Below the pieces are notes generated by a model. That model worked only from the letters and a program-made list of their open reading frames with translations, was not told where the DNA came from and did no database searches. From an uncultured Rhizobiaceae bacterium (GTDB taxonomy: Bacteria > Pseudomonadota > Alphaproteobacteria > UBA828), in contig CAYSDJ010000001.1 in NCBI GenBank assembly GCA_964429775.1, forward strand, positions 157,615 to 221,614: a DNA stretch of 64,000 nucleotides, read 5' to 3'. A program made the position numbers and the translations under genes. Below, one piece after another: positions 19,062 through 28,702 of the stretch (positions are counted from its first letter, which is position 1; each line of letters starts with the position of its first letter).

Positions 19062-20728
19062 ACTGTGTGTTCCATTCGTTCTGGCGCCCAATGCCCAATA
19101 TCATTCTGCTCATCATCGATACCCTGCGCTATGACCGTATGGGCATCTCCGGTTATCGTCCGGCGGTAACGCCGAATCTCGACGAGCTGGCGACCGGTGG
19201 AATCAATTGTTCCAATTATTTTTCCAATGGCTGCGTCACGAGTTTCGCCTTCCCCGGCATGTTCACTTCGTCCCTGCCGTTTGACTTCGGCGGCTATGAT
19301 GACGGTATCCGCCACCGCCCGGTTTCTTTCCCGGAGCTTCTCCAGCAAGACGGCTTCGAGACCTACGGCCTGGTGACCGGCCACCCGTGCTCGTCGCACT
19401 TCGGCTACGACCGTGGCTTCGAACATTTTCTCGACCTGATCGATCTTTACCAATGGTTCCGCTCGATCTATGTCGCCGCCCTCGACGAGCTCATATCCTC
19501 GTGGCAGGCGGGGGAAATCAGCGAAGCCGAATTGATGGCCATCTTCGTGCCCAAATTCAGCCGTGTTTTGGACGACACGGAAACATTTATCACCGCTCTT
19601 AACGCCGCCGGGGCGCCGCGCAGCGGCCGTCCCCGGATGCCGTTGTTGACGGCTGTGCGGGCCGAGCGCAAATTGCTCGAAACGGCCCCTGGCGCCTGCC
19701 TCGAAAAGATTGTCGCGCTCAAATCCGATTACCAATTTGCCCTCGGTGAGAACGGGCTGAGTCGCCGCACGGCGCGGCGCATCGAGCGGCGCAAAAAGCT
19801 GTTCAAACGCTTCAACAAACGCATTCACCTGCTTTCCAACCGGCGCGCTTTCGATGCGGGCACCGTCAACAGGCAGTTCAACAATTTTTTGACAAGACGT
19901 TCGGAGCGGCCGTTTTTCGCCCTGCTGCACTATTTCGATTTGCATGAGGCCAAGCTGCAGATCTCCAAATTGTTGGCCCACCCGACGCCGGGGCGGATCA
20001 GCGGCGGCATTTGCGCCTACCGTCGTATCACCAAGGGGCGCCCGACCGAACAGCGCGGCGTTCTTTACGATATGGGGCTCGCCCTGGTCGATGAGCAGCT
20101 CGGCGAACTGCGCCGTATTCTGACGCGGCACGACGTATCCGAGGATACCGCTATCGTCATCACCGGCGATCACGGCACCGAGGCCGGCGCACCGCATCGC
20201 GGCCTCGGCAGCAATCTGCCGCGCCTGTTCTATGACGAGCACCTTCATGTTCCGCTCATTGTGAACGGTCCTGGTATCGCACCGGAGACCATCGATGCGC
20301 TCTCGAGCCACCTCGACTTGGCGCCGACCATCCTCGATACCGCCGGCATCGCGACACCGGATGTCTTTCAGGGCTTGCCGATCCGGGCGCGGCGCGCACA
20401 CCCCGAAACGCTGGTGTGGAGCGAAAATGCCGGCCTCGGGCGCTGCAATATCGCCACCAAGCCGCTTTATATGAGCGTGCGCTCCGTCAATCACCGCAGC
20501 ATCGTGCGGGCGGAGAATTTCGTCCCGGAACTGCGCGAATTTTACGACCTGCAAAATGATCCTTTCGCTAAGGACAATCTCGCCGGCGGCGATAAATTCA
20601 TGGACGTCCGCGAGTCTCACTTGGCCGCTATCCGGAGCCGGTTGGAAAAGCTGCACGCCCAATCGGGCGAACAAAGCGCGGAATAATTCGTCAATCGCCT
20701 CATTCTGAAAATACTGCCTGCCCGGCAT
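19058..20728 (-). other. Candidate bridge ORF antisense to the sulfatase-like gene
   Basis: Stop-free frame; its TGA overlaps the TylF-like ATG (ATGA 19058-19061); an ATG at 20728 lies inside the end of the PK-Sat gene. No recognisable protein motifs. Confidence 0.3.
19091..20686 (+). CDS. Sulfatase-like hydrolase/transferase (alkaline phosphatase superfamily), inverted relative to its neighbours
   Basis: MPNIILLIIDTLRYD, TPNLD, HYFDLHE, TGDHG, HVPLIV, DLAPTILD, YDLQNDP; no C/S-x-P-x-R motif. Confidence 0.85.
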   Translation: MPNIILLIIDTLRYDRMGISGYRPAVTPNLDELATGGINCSNYFSNGCVTSFAFPGMFTSSLPFDFGGYDDGIRHRPVSFPELLQQDGFETYGLVTGHPCSSHFGYDRGFEHFLDLIDLYQWFRSIYVAALDELISSWQAGEISEAELMAIFVPKFSRVLDDTETFITALNAAGAPRSGRPRMPLLTAVRAERKLLETAPGACLEKIVALKSDYQFALGENGLSRRTARRIERRKKLFKRFNKRIHLLSNRRAFDAGTVNRQFNNFLTRRSERPFFALLHYFDLHEAKLQISKLLAHPTPGRISGGICAYRRITKGRPTEQRGVLYDMGLALVDEQLGELRRILTRHDVSEDTAIVITGDHGTEAGAPHRGLGSNLPRLFYDEHLHVPLIVNGPGIAPETIDALSSHLDLAPTILDTAGIATPDVFQGLPIRARRAHPETLVWSENAGLGRCNIATKPLYMSVRSVNHRSIVRAENFVPELREFYDLQNDPFAKDNLAGGDKFMDVRESHLAAIRSRLEKLHAQSGEQSAE

Positions 20729-22865
20729 TAAGCTCAGCCCGCAGCATGTCTTGAATAATGTCGCGCATGAACCAATCCGGCAGCGCCTGGCCGGCGCGAA
20801 GTGCTGCGCGCATATCGGTTCCGCTAATCGGTTCCAGCGTCTGCGCCGCGTCGAGTGCCACATAGGCCTTGCCTTTCGGGTCATAGCCGATGGCGTCAAA
20901 AAAGATCGGTGTGAGACCGATATCGCCCAGACTGTCGAACAGGGCAGGAATTTCCGCCGCCGCATAAAAATCGCCAACGCCGGTATGATCACGGCCGACG
21001 ATGAAATGTGAGCAACCCATATTCTTACGGCAGAGCGCCGTGAACACCGCCTCACGTGGCCCGGCATAGCGTGAATAGGTAGCGAAGCTGCCGAGCACTA
21101 CCTTACCTTCTGGATAGAGCCCCTGATCGAGCATCATCTGATAGCTGCGCATGATCGGCTCGGGCAGAAAATCACCCGCTTTCTTGGGGCCGATAACCGG
21201 GCTCACATAAAGGCCGTCGGCACCGCTACGCTCCAACGCGCTCAACTGAATATGTTCGTGGACCCGGTGGATGACATTGCGGGTATGAAAGCCGACAACC
21301 CGGTTCCAACCCTTGTGAGAAAAGACAAAACGGGTTTGCGCCGGGGTGAGTTCGAATTGGCGATAGGGCGACGGCAGGCGCGCAATCAAGGTAATGTCGC
21401 CGGCGATCAGAAAGCCGCCGCCGCTGGCCAAGCGTGCCACGCCGGGATGGTCCATCGAAGCGGTGCCGAACCACGGCTCAACCACGGTATCGAAATCGAG
21501 CGGATAGACCTCGGAGATATCGAGCAGCGCATGCGCGACACCTTCTTCGTTCTCAAGCACAATGCGCTCGCCGGGATGAATTTCCCGCGCCCGCGCAGCA
21601 TCGACCTGAAGCACAATTGGCAAGGTCCAGGCAGCGCCCTGCGGCATGCGGTTCTCACGCAACACCGATGTCAGCATTTCCTCAGTCATGAATCCGGTGA
21701 GCGGCGAATAGGTGCCGTGTGCGATCTGTTGGCAATCCATCAGCACATTGCGGTTGACCGTGAGGCGCGCGAGGCGCGCCAGTTCGTCCGCCGCCGGTGC
21801 CTCCTGCTCGCGGTGCACCAACCGGCCGCCATGCGGCTCGACCAGCAACGATGCCGATTCGAGATCATATCCGCCGGCCGCGGCCTCGGGTCCGGCCTCA
21901 TATTCGCGGATCAATTTGACAATCATACTGGCACAGCTGATGGGATGGGCACCGATCGCGGTTTCCGCCGCCAGCACCAGACCATCGACGCCATCGACGA
22001 GCGTGTTATAGACGTCATTGACTTCGGCGCGGGTCGGACCCGGCGCAGTGATCATCGATTCAAGCAAATTGGTCGCCACATATACCTTGCGCCCGGCCAC
22101 CTTGGCGACGCGCACGATATGTTTCTGCAGCGCCGGAATACGCTCAACCGGAAATTCGCGTGACAGGTCACCCCGGTCAATCAACAGGCCGTCGGATTTA
22201 TCAGCGATGGCGGACAGGTTCAGGAGTCCGTTGCGGCATTCGATTTTCGAAATCACGAATGTTTCGTCGCCGACGATTTCGCGGATGGCATCGACGTCCG
22301 ATGCCCTGTTGGCAAAGGATAAGGCGGCGTGTTTGAGGCCTTTCTCGCGACCGATACGGAGCGCTGCACAATCCTTTTCACTGAGTGGCGGCATGTCGAT
22401 CGGGCGCTCTACCGTGACCGCCTTGTTCTGGCCGATCATGCCACCGGTCAAAACCCGCATCATGGCGCCAGCCGCCGTTATCTCGATTACCTGCACCAGC
22501 ACTGCATTAAAATCGATGCTGACAAAATCACCGACTTCAAGCGAATCGACTATGCCATGGGGATAAAGGCTGAACGCCTGAGCATCGCCCGTCACCGCCT
22601 CGCGCCGGGCGCAGATCACAGCACTCTCCGGCACTGAGACACTGCCTTCCGAAAGGCTTCCGGTGCGAATTTGCGCGCCCTCGCTGTCGAGGCATACCGG
22701 CACGCTGCTGTGCGACTGAATAAAGTCGATGACTTCGGCTACATCCTCAACCCTGGTGTGCGAAAGATTTATGCGGAATAAAGTCGCACCCAGTTCTTCG
22801 AGGCGCGCCAAAACCCGTTTGTTCATCGAAGCGGGACCAATGGTGCAGAAAATTTCTTTAGGCAT
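20700..22865 (-). CDS. Pyruvate kinase-like domain fused to ATP sulfurylase (sulfate adenylyltransferase)
   Basis: PK part: CTIGPAS, RINLSH, ISKIE, RGDL, ATNLLESM...PTRAE. Sat part: PHGGRL, YSPLTGFM, FHTRNVIHRVHE, RYAGPREA, HFIVGRDH, ISGT. Confidence 0.85.
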   Translation of the reverse strand: MPKEIFCTIGPASMNKRVLARLEELGATLFRINLSHTRVEDVAEVIDFIQSHSSVPVCLDSEGAQIRTGSLSEGSVSVPESAVICARREAVTGDAQAFSLYPHGIVDSLEVGDFVSIDFNAVLVQVIEITAAGAMMRVLTGGMIGQNKAVTVERPIDMPPLSEKDCAALRIGREKGLKHAALSFANRASDVDAIREIVGDETFVISKIECRNGLLNLSAIADKSDGLLIDRGDLSREFPVERIPALQKHIVRVAKVAGRKVYVATNLLESMITAPGPTRAEVNDVYNTLVDGVDGLVLAAETAIGAHPISCASMIVKLIREYEAGPEAAAGGYDLESASLLVEPHGGRLVHREQEAPAADELARLARLTVNRNVLMDCQQIAHGTYSPLTGFMTEEMLTSVLRENRMPQGAAWTLPIVLQVDAARAREIHPGERIVLENEEGVAHALLDISEVYPLDFDTVVEPWFGTASMDHPGVARLASGGGFLIAGDITLIARLPSPYRQFELTPAQTRFVFSHKGWNRVVGFHTRNVIHRVHEHIQLSALERSGADGLYVSPVIGPKKAGDFLPEPIMRSYQMMLDQGLYPEGKVVLGSFATYSRYAGPREAVFTALCRKNMGCSHFIVGRDHTGVGDFYAAAEIPALFDSLGDIGLTPIFFDAIGYDPKGKAYVALDAAQTLEPISGTDMRAALRAGQALPDWFMRDIIQDMLRAELNAGQAVFSE

Positions 22866-23643
22866 ATTGCTCGCTTTTAGTCTTGGGTGGATTGATGAGA
22901 GCGCCAAAAGGAGCGCTTTTGGTGGCGCCGTGTCGGATATGGTTGATATTTCCGATTTCAGGATAAGCGGCGAGAACCGTGAGTACCGCGTCCATGGAAT
23001 AACCTATTGGACCGTGCGGAAGATGGACGAACAAGGCCTCAAAGAAGGCATAGTCCTCAGGATAGTCCAGGGTCCAGCGGCTGTGATCCGGAAGGCCAGG
23101 CGGCGCCTCCAGATTCACGCGGGAAAGATCTTCCTTCTCGCGCATCCAAGGCGAAACATGCTCGCGTTCAAAGGCGCGTTTTGCTTTGGCATCAGCGGCG
23201 CCCAATGCGGCTCGTGTAAAGGCTTCGCAATCCAGTCCGTGCGGCCACGAAGCGGGCATGTTGTTGGCCGCATAATTGGCGCCGGTTTGTGAGCGCAGAT
23301 CGAGTAGCGCGCCGCAAATTGCTGGATCAATTGCCGGGCAATCGCTCGTCACGCGCAGCACCACATCTGCGTTTGCCGCATGCGCCGCGCCGGCATAGCG
23401 CGCCAGTACATCCTCGGCCGAACCGCGATAAACCGAGGCGCCGTGGCGCTCCGCTTCCTCCGCCACAACATCGTCTTCCGTCAGATTCGTCGTCGCGCAA
23501 CACACGCCGCCAACACCCGGCACGGCGGCGAGGCGCGTCAGCACATGACCGAGCACGCTTTGCCCCGCCAGCGGCAGCAATATTTTTCCGGGCAGGCGCG
23601 TTGATCCCATGCGCGCCTGAACGATTGCGATCGTCCGGCCCAT
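22858..23643 (-). CDS. SpsF/PseF-like cytidylyltransferase
   Basis: IVQARMGSTRLPGK, RVTSDCP, REHV, RWTLDYPED. Confidence 0.85.
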   Translation of the reverse strand: MGRTIAIVQARMGSTRLPGKILLPLAGQSVLGHVLTRLAAVPGVGGVCCATTNLTEDDVVAEEAERHGASVYRGSAEDVLARYAGAAHAANADVVLRVTSDCPAIDPAICGALLDLRSQTGANYAANNMPASWPHGLDCEAFTRAALGAADAKAKRAFEREHVSPWMREKEDLSRVNLEAPPGLPDHSRWTLDYPEDYAFFEALFVHLPHGPIGYSMDAVLTVLAAYPEIGNINHIRHGATKSAPFGALINPPKTKSEQYA

Positions 23644-24845
23644 CAGATTACGCAAGCAAGCACAGCATCGATCACCCGATCGCAATCGGCATCGCTCATC
23701 GCCGGAAAAAGCGGAATGGTCAGCGCGGCATCGTAATAGGCTTCGGATTGAGGAAAATCGCCGCGTTTGTAGCCAAATTTATCACGATAATAAGGCTGCA
23801 GATGAAGCGGGATATAATGCACATGCACGCCGATCCTGCGGGTACGAATTTCCTCAAATATCTGGCGCCGGCTTTTGCTCAATTTGTCGAGCCTGAGACG
23901 CAACATATAGAGATGCCAGGCGCTCTCCCGGTCGCCCTCTTGATGCGGCGGAACAAGCAGTTCCGATTGGCCAAAGGCGGCGCTGTAACGCGCCGCGATC
24001 TCGCGCCGCCGTGCGAGAAAGCCGTCGAGCTTGGTCAATTGGCTGAGACCAAGCGCGCATTGAATATCGGTGATGCGGTAATTGAAGCCAAGCTCCTGCA
24101 TCTCGTAATACCACGGCGCGCGGTCCGCCGCGTTGGCTTCGCCGTGCCCCACATTGTCCCTGTCCGCCGCCTGATCGGAGAGACGCATGGCGGCATCGTT
24201 ATTGGTGATGCCGTGGGTGCGGAAGAGGCGCAGCGCCGCCGCAAGTTCGTCGTCGTCGGTGGCGATCAAGCCGCCCTCGCCCATCGCCACATGCTTGACC
24301 GGGTGAAAGGAAAAAATACTCATCGCGGCCAGGGAGCCAACAGGACGGTTCTTGTAAGTCGCGCCGAGTGCGTGGGCGGAATCCTCGATAACCGCGATGC
24401 CGTGGCGCGCGGCAATTTCGTTTATCTCATCCATGTCCGCCGGCTGACCGGTATAATCGATCGGTATGATCGCCTTGGTCCGGGGCGTGATGGCGGCTTC
24501 GAGCTTGGCCGGATCGAGGCAATAGGTGTCGGCGCGGATATCGACAAATTTGACGTCGGCGCCGAGATAAAGCGCACAATTTCCGCTCGCGGCAAAGGTG
24601 ATCGGCGCGGTAATAATTTCATCGCCCGGACCAACGCCGGCGGCATAACAGGCACAATGCAGCGCCGCCGTGCCGGTGGCAACGGCAACGCCGTGCCTGG
24701 CGCCAACCCGCTCGGCAACAGCCGCTTCAAAGGCGGAAATATTTGGCCCCTGTGTCAGCCAATCGCCGCGCAACACCTCCACCACCGCCGCGATATCGTC
24801 CTCGTCAAGGCTTTGACGGGCATAGGGAATAAAAGCTTCGCTCAT
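23643..24845 (-). CDS. pseC: PseC-type sugar aminotransferase
   Basis: IPYARQ, WLTQGP, FSFHPVKH, WYYEMQELGFNYRITDIQCALG. Confidence 0.85.
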   Translation of the reverse strand: MSEAFIPYARQSLDEDDIAAVVEVLRGDWLTQGPNISAFEAAVAERVGARHGVAVATGTAALHCACYAAGVGPGDEIITAPITFAASGNCALYLGADVKFVDIRADTYCLDPAKLEAAITPRTKAIIPIDYTGQPADMDEINEIAARHGIAVIEDSAHALGATYKNRPVGSLAAMSIFSFHPVKHVAMGEGGLIATDDDELAAALRLFRTHGITNNDAAMRLSDQAADRDNVGHGEANAADRAPWYYEMQELGFNYRITDIQCALGLSQLTKLDGFLARRREIAARYSAAFGQSELLVPPHQEGDRESAWHLYMLRLRLDKLSKSRRQIFEEIRTRRIGVHVHYIPLHLQPYYRDKFGYKRGDFPQSEAYYDAALTIPLFPAMSDADCDRVIDAVLACVI

Positions 24846-24867
24846 TTTTCTCTCACACTTCCGGGCT

Positions 24868-26292
24868 TCAATCGAAAGCCAAATCCCGCACGGTCAGCAG
24901 GTTGCTATAGCCCGGTTGATCGAGATCACCGAGATCGCCGGATTCAAGCGCCGCCTTCAATTCTTTTACGCCGGCTGCCACAGTCGTTTCGATTTCATAG
25001 TTGAGGGTGTCGCGCAGCTTGGCGCAATCGACCCGATAATTTCTCGGGTCAACCGAGCTGTTCATCCGGTTGACGGTCATCTCAGGGTACGCCTCGGCGA
25101 CAAGATCGCCGATCGCATTGATGGTGTAGTTCTGCTCGCTGTCGCCTACATTAAAAATCTCGGCCCGCACCGAATCGAGCGGCGCGTCAAGCACGCTGAC
25201 AATGGCGCGCGCCACGTCGCCGACATGAACATGCGGGCGCCACTGCTCTCCGCCAAAGAGATCGATGGCGCCGCGCGTCGCCGCGTGTTTGGTCAAGGTG
25301 TTGACGACGAGATCGAAGCGCGCCCGCGGCGAACAGCCATAAACGGTGCCGAGCCTGAGAATGGTCGGCGCAAACAATTGATTGGGCCGGCGCGCCATGG
25401 ACAGCACCGCTTCCTCAACCATCAGCTTGATCTTGCCATAGAGACTCACCGGCGCTGTGGCCGAGAGCTCGGTCAGGAATTCGTCGGGATTGGCGCTGGC
25501 GCCGTAAACGCTGCACGAGGAGGTGTAAACGAAGCGGTTGATATTGAGATATTCGCACAGCTGGGCGAGCGCCGTGACGGCGAGATAATTCGTCTTAAGC
25601 GCCGTTTGCGGCGCCTCCGCCACCGCCGGATCGCCGACCAGTTCAGCCAAATAGACAACCGCGTCAACACCTTCAACGGCATCAACCAGCGTATCTATAT
25701 TCTTGGCGTCACCGGTCACGATATCAATCTTATCTTCCAGACCAGCGAGGGATTGGCGGCCATAAAGAAAGAGGTCGAGCACCCGCACCGCCCAGCCGTC
25801 AGCGAGCAATTTGCGCACCAAAACCGAGCCGATATAACCGGCGCCGCCAACCACAAGCGCAGTGCGCCGATGCGGTGAAAAATCATTGCCAGGTGCGCGC
25901 ATTAACAGCGACTGGACATCGATCATGCCGAGCGGGCGGCGCGCGCCATCGACCACTGGAACCATGACATGCATCTGTTCGGTGGCATAAAGCGCCTTCA
26001 GGCGGGCAAGCGCCTTATTGACGCTTTGTTCGCTCTCAAGCTCGGCCTGGACGATGGTTACGGGCTCGCTGTTCATCACCTCACCGAGCGGTGCTGAACG
26101 CACCCGGCCATTGAGAATGGCGCGGCGTAAATCGCCAGCAGAAACGATGCCGGCAAGGCGCCCGTCCTCCCCGACAACGGCGGCAATCGCGCCATAGCGA
26201 TCGCCCAGATTTTCAAGCGCAGTCGATATGGGATCGTCCGGGTCGAGCGCAGGCAGTGGCGCGAGGCGGTTGGCTTCGGAATTTTCTGTCAT
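24868..26292 (-). CDS. CBS-pair domain fused to an NAD-dependent epimerase/dehydratase
   Basis: N-terminal GIVSAGDLRRA CBS pair; GGAGYIGS, SSCSVYG, YGKIK (YxxxK), RFDLVVN. Confidence 0.85.
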   Translation of the reverse strand: MTENSEANRLAPLPALDPDDPISTALENLGDRYGAIAAVVGEDGRLAGIVSAGDLRRAILNGRVRSAPLGEVMNSEPVTIVQAELESEQSVNKALARLKALYATEQMHVMVPVVDGARRPLGMIDVQSLLMRAPGNDFSPHRRTALVVGGAGYIGSVLVRKLLADGWAVRVLDLFLYGRQSLAGLEDKIDIVTGDAKNIDTLVDAVEGVDAVVYLAELVGDPAVAEAPQTALKTNYLAVTALAQLCEYLNINRFVYTSSCSVYGASANPDEFLTELSATAPVSLYGKIKLMVEEAVLSMARRPNQLFAPTILRLGTVYGCSPRARFDLVVNTLTKHAATRGAIDLFGGEQWRPHVHVGDVARAIVSVLDAPLDSVRAEIFNVGDSEQNYTINAIGDLVAEAYPEMTVNRMNSSVDPRNYRVDCAKLRDTLNYEIETTVAAGVKELKAALESGDLGDLDQPGYSNLLTVRDLAFD

Positions 26293-26322
26293 AATTTCAG
26301 GAGCACGGCGGCACGGAGCGGA

Positions 26323-26766
26323 TTAACGCGGCACCACCGTCCACGGGTTCCAATAATCGTAAGGGTAACGCACATCGTCATCGAGGCTCTCGCCGAGCGC
26401 CACGGTGGAAAAGAAAAACAGCCGCGTATCCGGCCGCAGAGTCATGAAGCCGTGGGCATAGCCGCCGGGCACATAGAGAACGCCCGGCTTATCCTCGGCA
26501 AGCACGAATTTGCTGACTTCGAGCGCCGGGTCGGGCGACGCCCAATCATCGACCTTGACGGCGGCGAGAAGCGCGGCACCGCTCGCCACATAAACATATT
26601 TCGCTTCCTGTTTATGGGCGTGCCAAGCACGGACGAAACGCGTTTCATGGTTGGAAACGACATAAAAGCGACGCACCGCCGCCATGTCGAATTCATTGCA
26701 AAATTGCAGCTTGCCGCGATCGTCCACGGCGCTGCCACCGGCGATAAAATCGAGATCGCTGTTCAT
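26323..26766 (-). CDS. Cupin sugar epimerase/isomerase (RmlC/FdtA-like)
   Basis: DDRG, VRAWHAH, LYVPGGYAHGF. Confidence 0.8.
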   Translation of the reverse strand: MNSDLDFIAGGSAVDDRGKLQFCNEFDMAAVRRFYVVSNHETRFVRAWHAHKQEAKYVYVASGAALLAAVKVDDWASPDPALEVSKFVLAEDKPGVLYVPGGYAHGFMTLRPDTRLFFFSTVALGESLDDDVRYPYDYWNPWTVVPR

Positions 26767-28631
26767 CCCGCCCTTCCAATGTCCGTATTATTCCAGTTCG
26801 CGTCTTCGGCCGGGTCTGAACCCGCACCAATATCCACCGGCCCTTGTTGCTTGGCAAAGGCCGAGGCGTACCAGCCGCCGCGCGCCAATAATTCTGTATG
26901 ACTTCCCGTATCGCTGATACGGCCCGCCTCCATAATCACGATTTGATCAGCGATCGCAACCGTCGAAAGCCGATGGCCAACGACAATAATCGTCATATCG
27001 GTATCGTGCCGAATACGCTCCAAGGCGGCGCGAAATGCCTCTTCCGCGTCGGCGTCTAAATTACTCGTTGGCTCGTCAAGAACAAGAATCGGCGCGCCAC
27101 GCACCAGGGTACGGGCGAGATCAAGGCGCTGACGCTGGCCGCCCGAAAGCCGCACGCCGTCTTCACCTACCGGTGAATCATAGCCCTGTGGCAAAGCCTC
27201 GATAAAATCATCGGCACCGGCAAGGCGGGCGGCGGTCTCAATATCTTGCCGCGTCACGCCCACCCCGCCATAAGCGATATGCGCCGCAGCGCTCGCATTA
27301 AACACTTGTGGTGTCTGCGGCGCATAGGCGATGGCGGCGCGCAGGCTTTTCAATTCGAATTCTGACTGTGCCGTTCCGTCGAACAGTATTTGCCCGGCGC
27401 TGGGTTCACGCAACAATGGCAGGAGGTCAATCAAAGTCGATTTCCCGGCCCCGGACGGCCCCACCAGAGCGGTAATGCGACCGCTCGGAATGTTGAGGTC
27501 TATGCTCTTCAGCGCAGCCGTGTTGGCATCGCCATAGGCGAAGCTGACAGCGCGAAATTCGATGCCTGTTTGCAATTTCGAAAGGAGATGGTCGCCGGAT
27601 CCGCTTTCACGCGCCTGTTCCATCTCTTCAAAACGGCGACGCAGAGCCTTGAGACTGCCAACAAACGACACCAGAGATTGACGTGTTCCCATAACCGTAC
27701 GCAGTCGCGGCATAAGCCGAAGAATGGCAGCAAGAAAGAGACCGATTTCGCCAAGTGACAAATCGAATACGGCGAAGCCTAAATAGAGAAATCCCAGTAT
27801 CGCGACAGCACCAAGAACCTCTACCACGGCCGCCACTCGCGCTCCGAGAGCCAGAACATGTACGTAGCGGCCATATTGGCGCCATGCGATCTGCTTCATT
27901 GCGTCGGCTTCCGCTTCTTCGGTACCGGACAGGCGAATGAAACGATGCGATTTAAGACGCTCTAGCAAAAACGTGCCGAGCGCCTGATTGGATTGGGTGA
28001 GCTCTTCGCCGACGTCACGGCTCTTACGAATCATGCTGCGCACGCCGAGCGTGGCAACAGCCACAACAGGAATAACGGCAAGCGCCATTGGCGCCGAAAC
28101 CGTCAGAATAAGACCAAAATATGCCAGAATTAGAATCAGCCCGCCAATCAGGGTCAGAACCTGAAACACACAACTTGACGCCCGCTCTGCCTCGGTTGTG
28201 AAGTCATTAACCGCTTGGCCGAGCTCATCCTCTTCACTATAGGAGAGGCGCGTATCAAGATAGCGGCGAAAGGCATTTTCGCGCATGTTACGTATCACCG
28301 CAAAACGGGCGGCACCCGAATAAACCGTGCGGCCATACACAAAGCCAATGCCAATCGCTAAAAATATTAGCGAAGACAGCAATAACGACGGCAGGGATAT
28401 GCCGATACCAATTTCGTTAAATACCGTGACGAGCCATTTCCACAACACCGACTGAGAAGCCAACGCGCCAACATCACCTCCGCCTTCAAGATAATCGAGG
28501 ACCGGCAAAATCATTCCTATGCCAATGCCTTCGAACACGACACTGAGGAGATCAAGACAGAGGATCGTGAGCGCCGTCGATCGCGCCAAACCAATTAGGC
28601 GGCATGTGTCGAAAAAAACTTTAGGGGACAT
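26763..28631 (-). CDS. ABC transporter, fused permease/ATPase (PglK/MsbA-like glycan flippase)
   Basis: N-terminal TM helices, GPSGAGKST, LSGGQRQR, LVLDEPTSNLD, HRLST. Confidence 0.9.
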   Translation of the reverse strand: MSPKVFFDTCRLIGLARSTALTILCLDLLSVVFEGIGIGMILPVLDYLEGGGDVGALASQSVLWKWLVTVFNEIGIGISLPSLLLSSLIFLAIGIGFVYGRTVYSGAARFAVIRNMRENAFRRYLDTRLSYSEEDELGQAVNDFTTEAERASSCVFQVLTLIGGLILILAYFGLILTVSAPMALAVIPVVAVATLGVRSMIRKSRDVGEELTQSNQALGTFLLERLKSHRFIRLSGTEEAEADAMKQIAWRQYGRYVHVLALGARVAAVVEVLGAVAILGFLYLGFAVFDLSLGEIGLFLAAILRLMPRLRTVMGTRQSLVSFVGSLKALRRRFEEMEQARESGSGDHLLSKLQTGIEFRAVSFAYGDANTAALKSIDLNIPSGRITALVGPSGAGKSTLIDLLPLLREPSAGQILFDGTAQSEFELKSLRAAIAYAPQTPQVFNASAAAHIAYGGVGVTRQDIETAARLAGADDFIEALPQGYDSPVGEDGVRLSGGQRQRLDLARTLVRGAPILVLDEPTSNLDADAEEAFRAALERIRHDTDMTIIVVGHRLSTVAIADQIVIMEAGRISDTGSHTELLARGGWYASAFAKQQGPVDIGAGSDPAEDANWNNTDIGRAG

Positions 28632-28702
28632 TGTTATTGGTTATTGCGCGTTGGGTTTATGACGTCGCACCGATAGATAATGATACTCGAACGTCCGGGA
28701 AC

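Noticed and set aside
23289-25004. 571-aa plus-strand ORF opposite pseC
   Set aside because: Antisense shadow with low-complexity Arg/Ala-rich translation and no same-strand neighbours.
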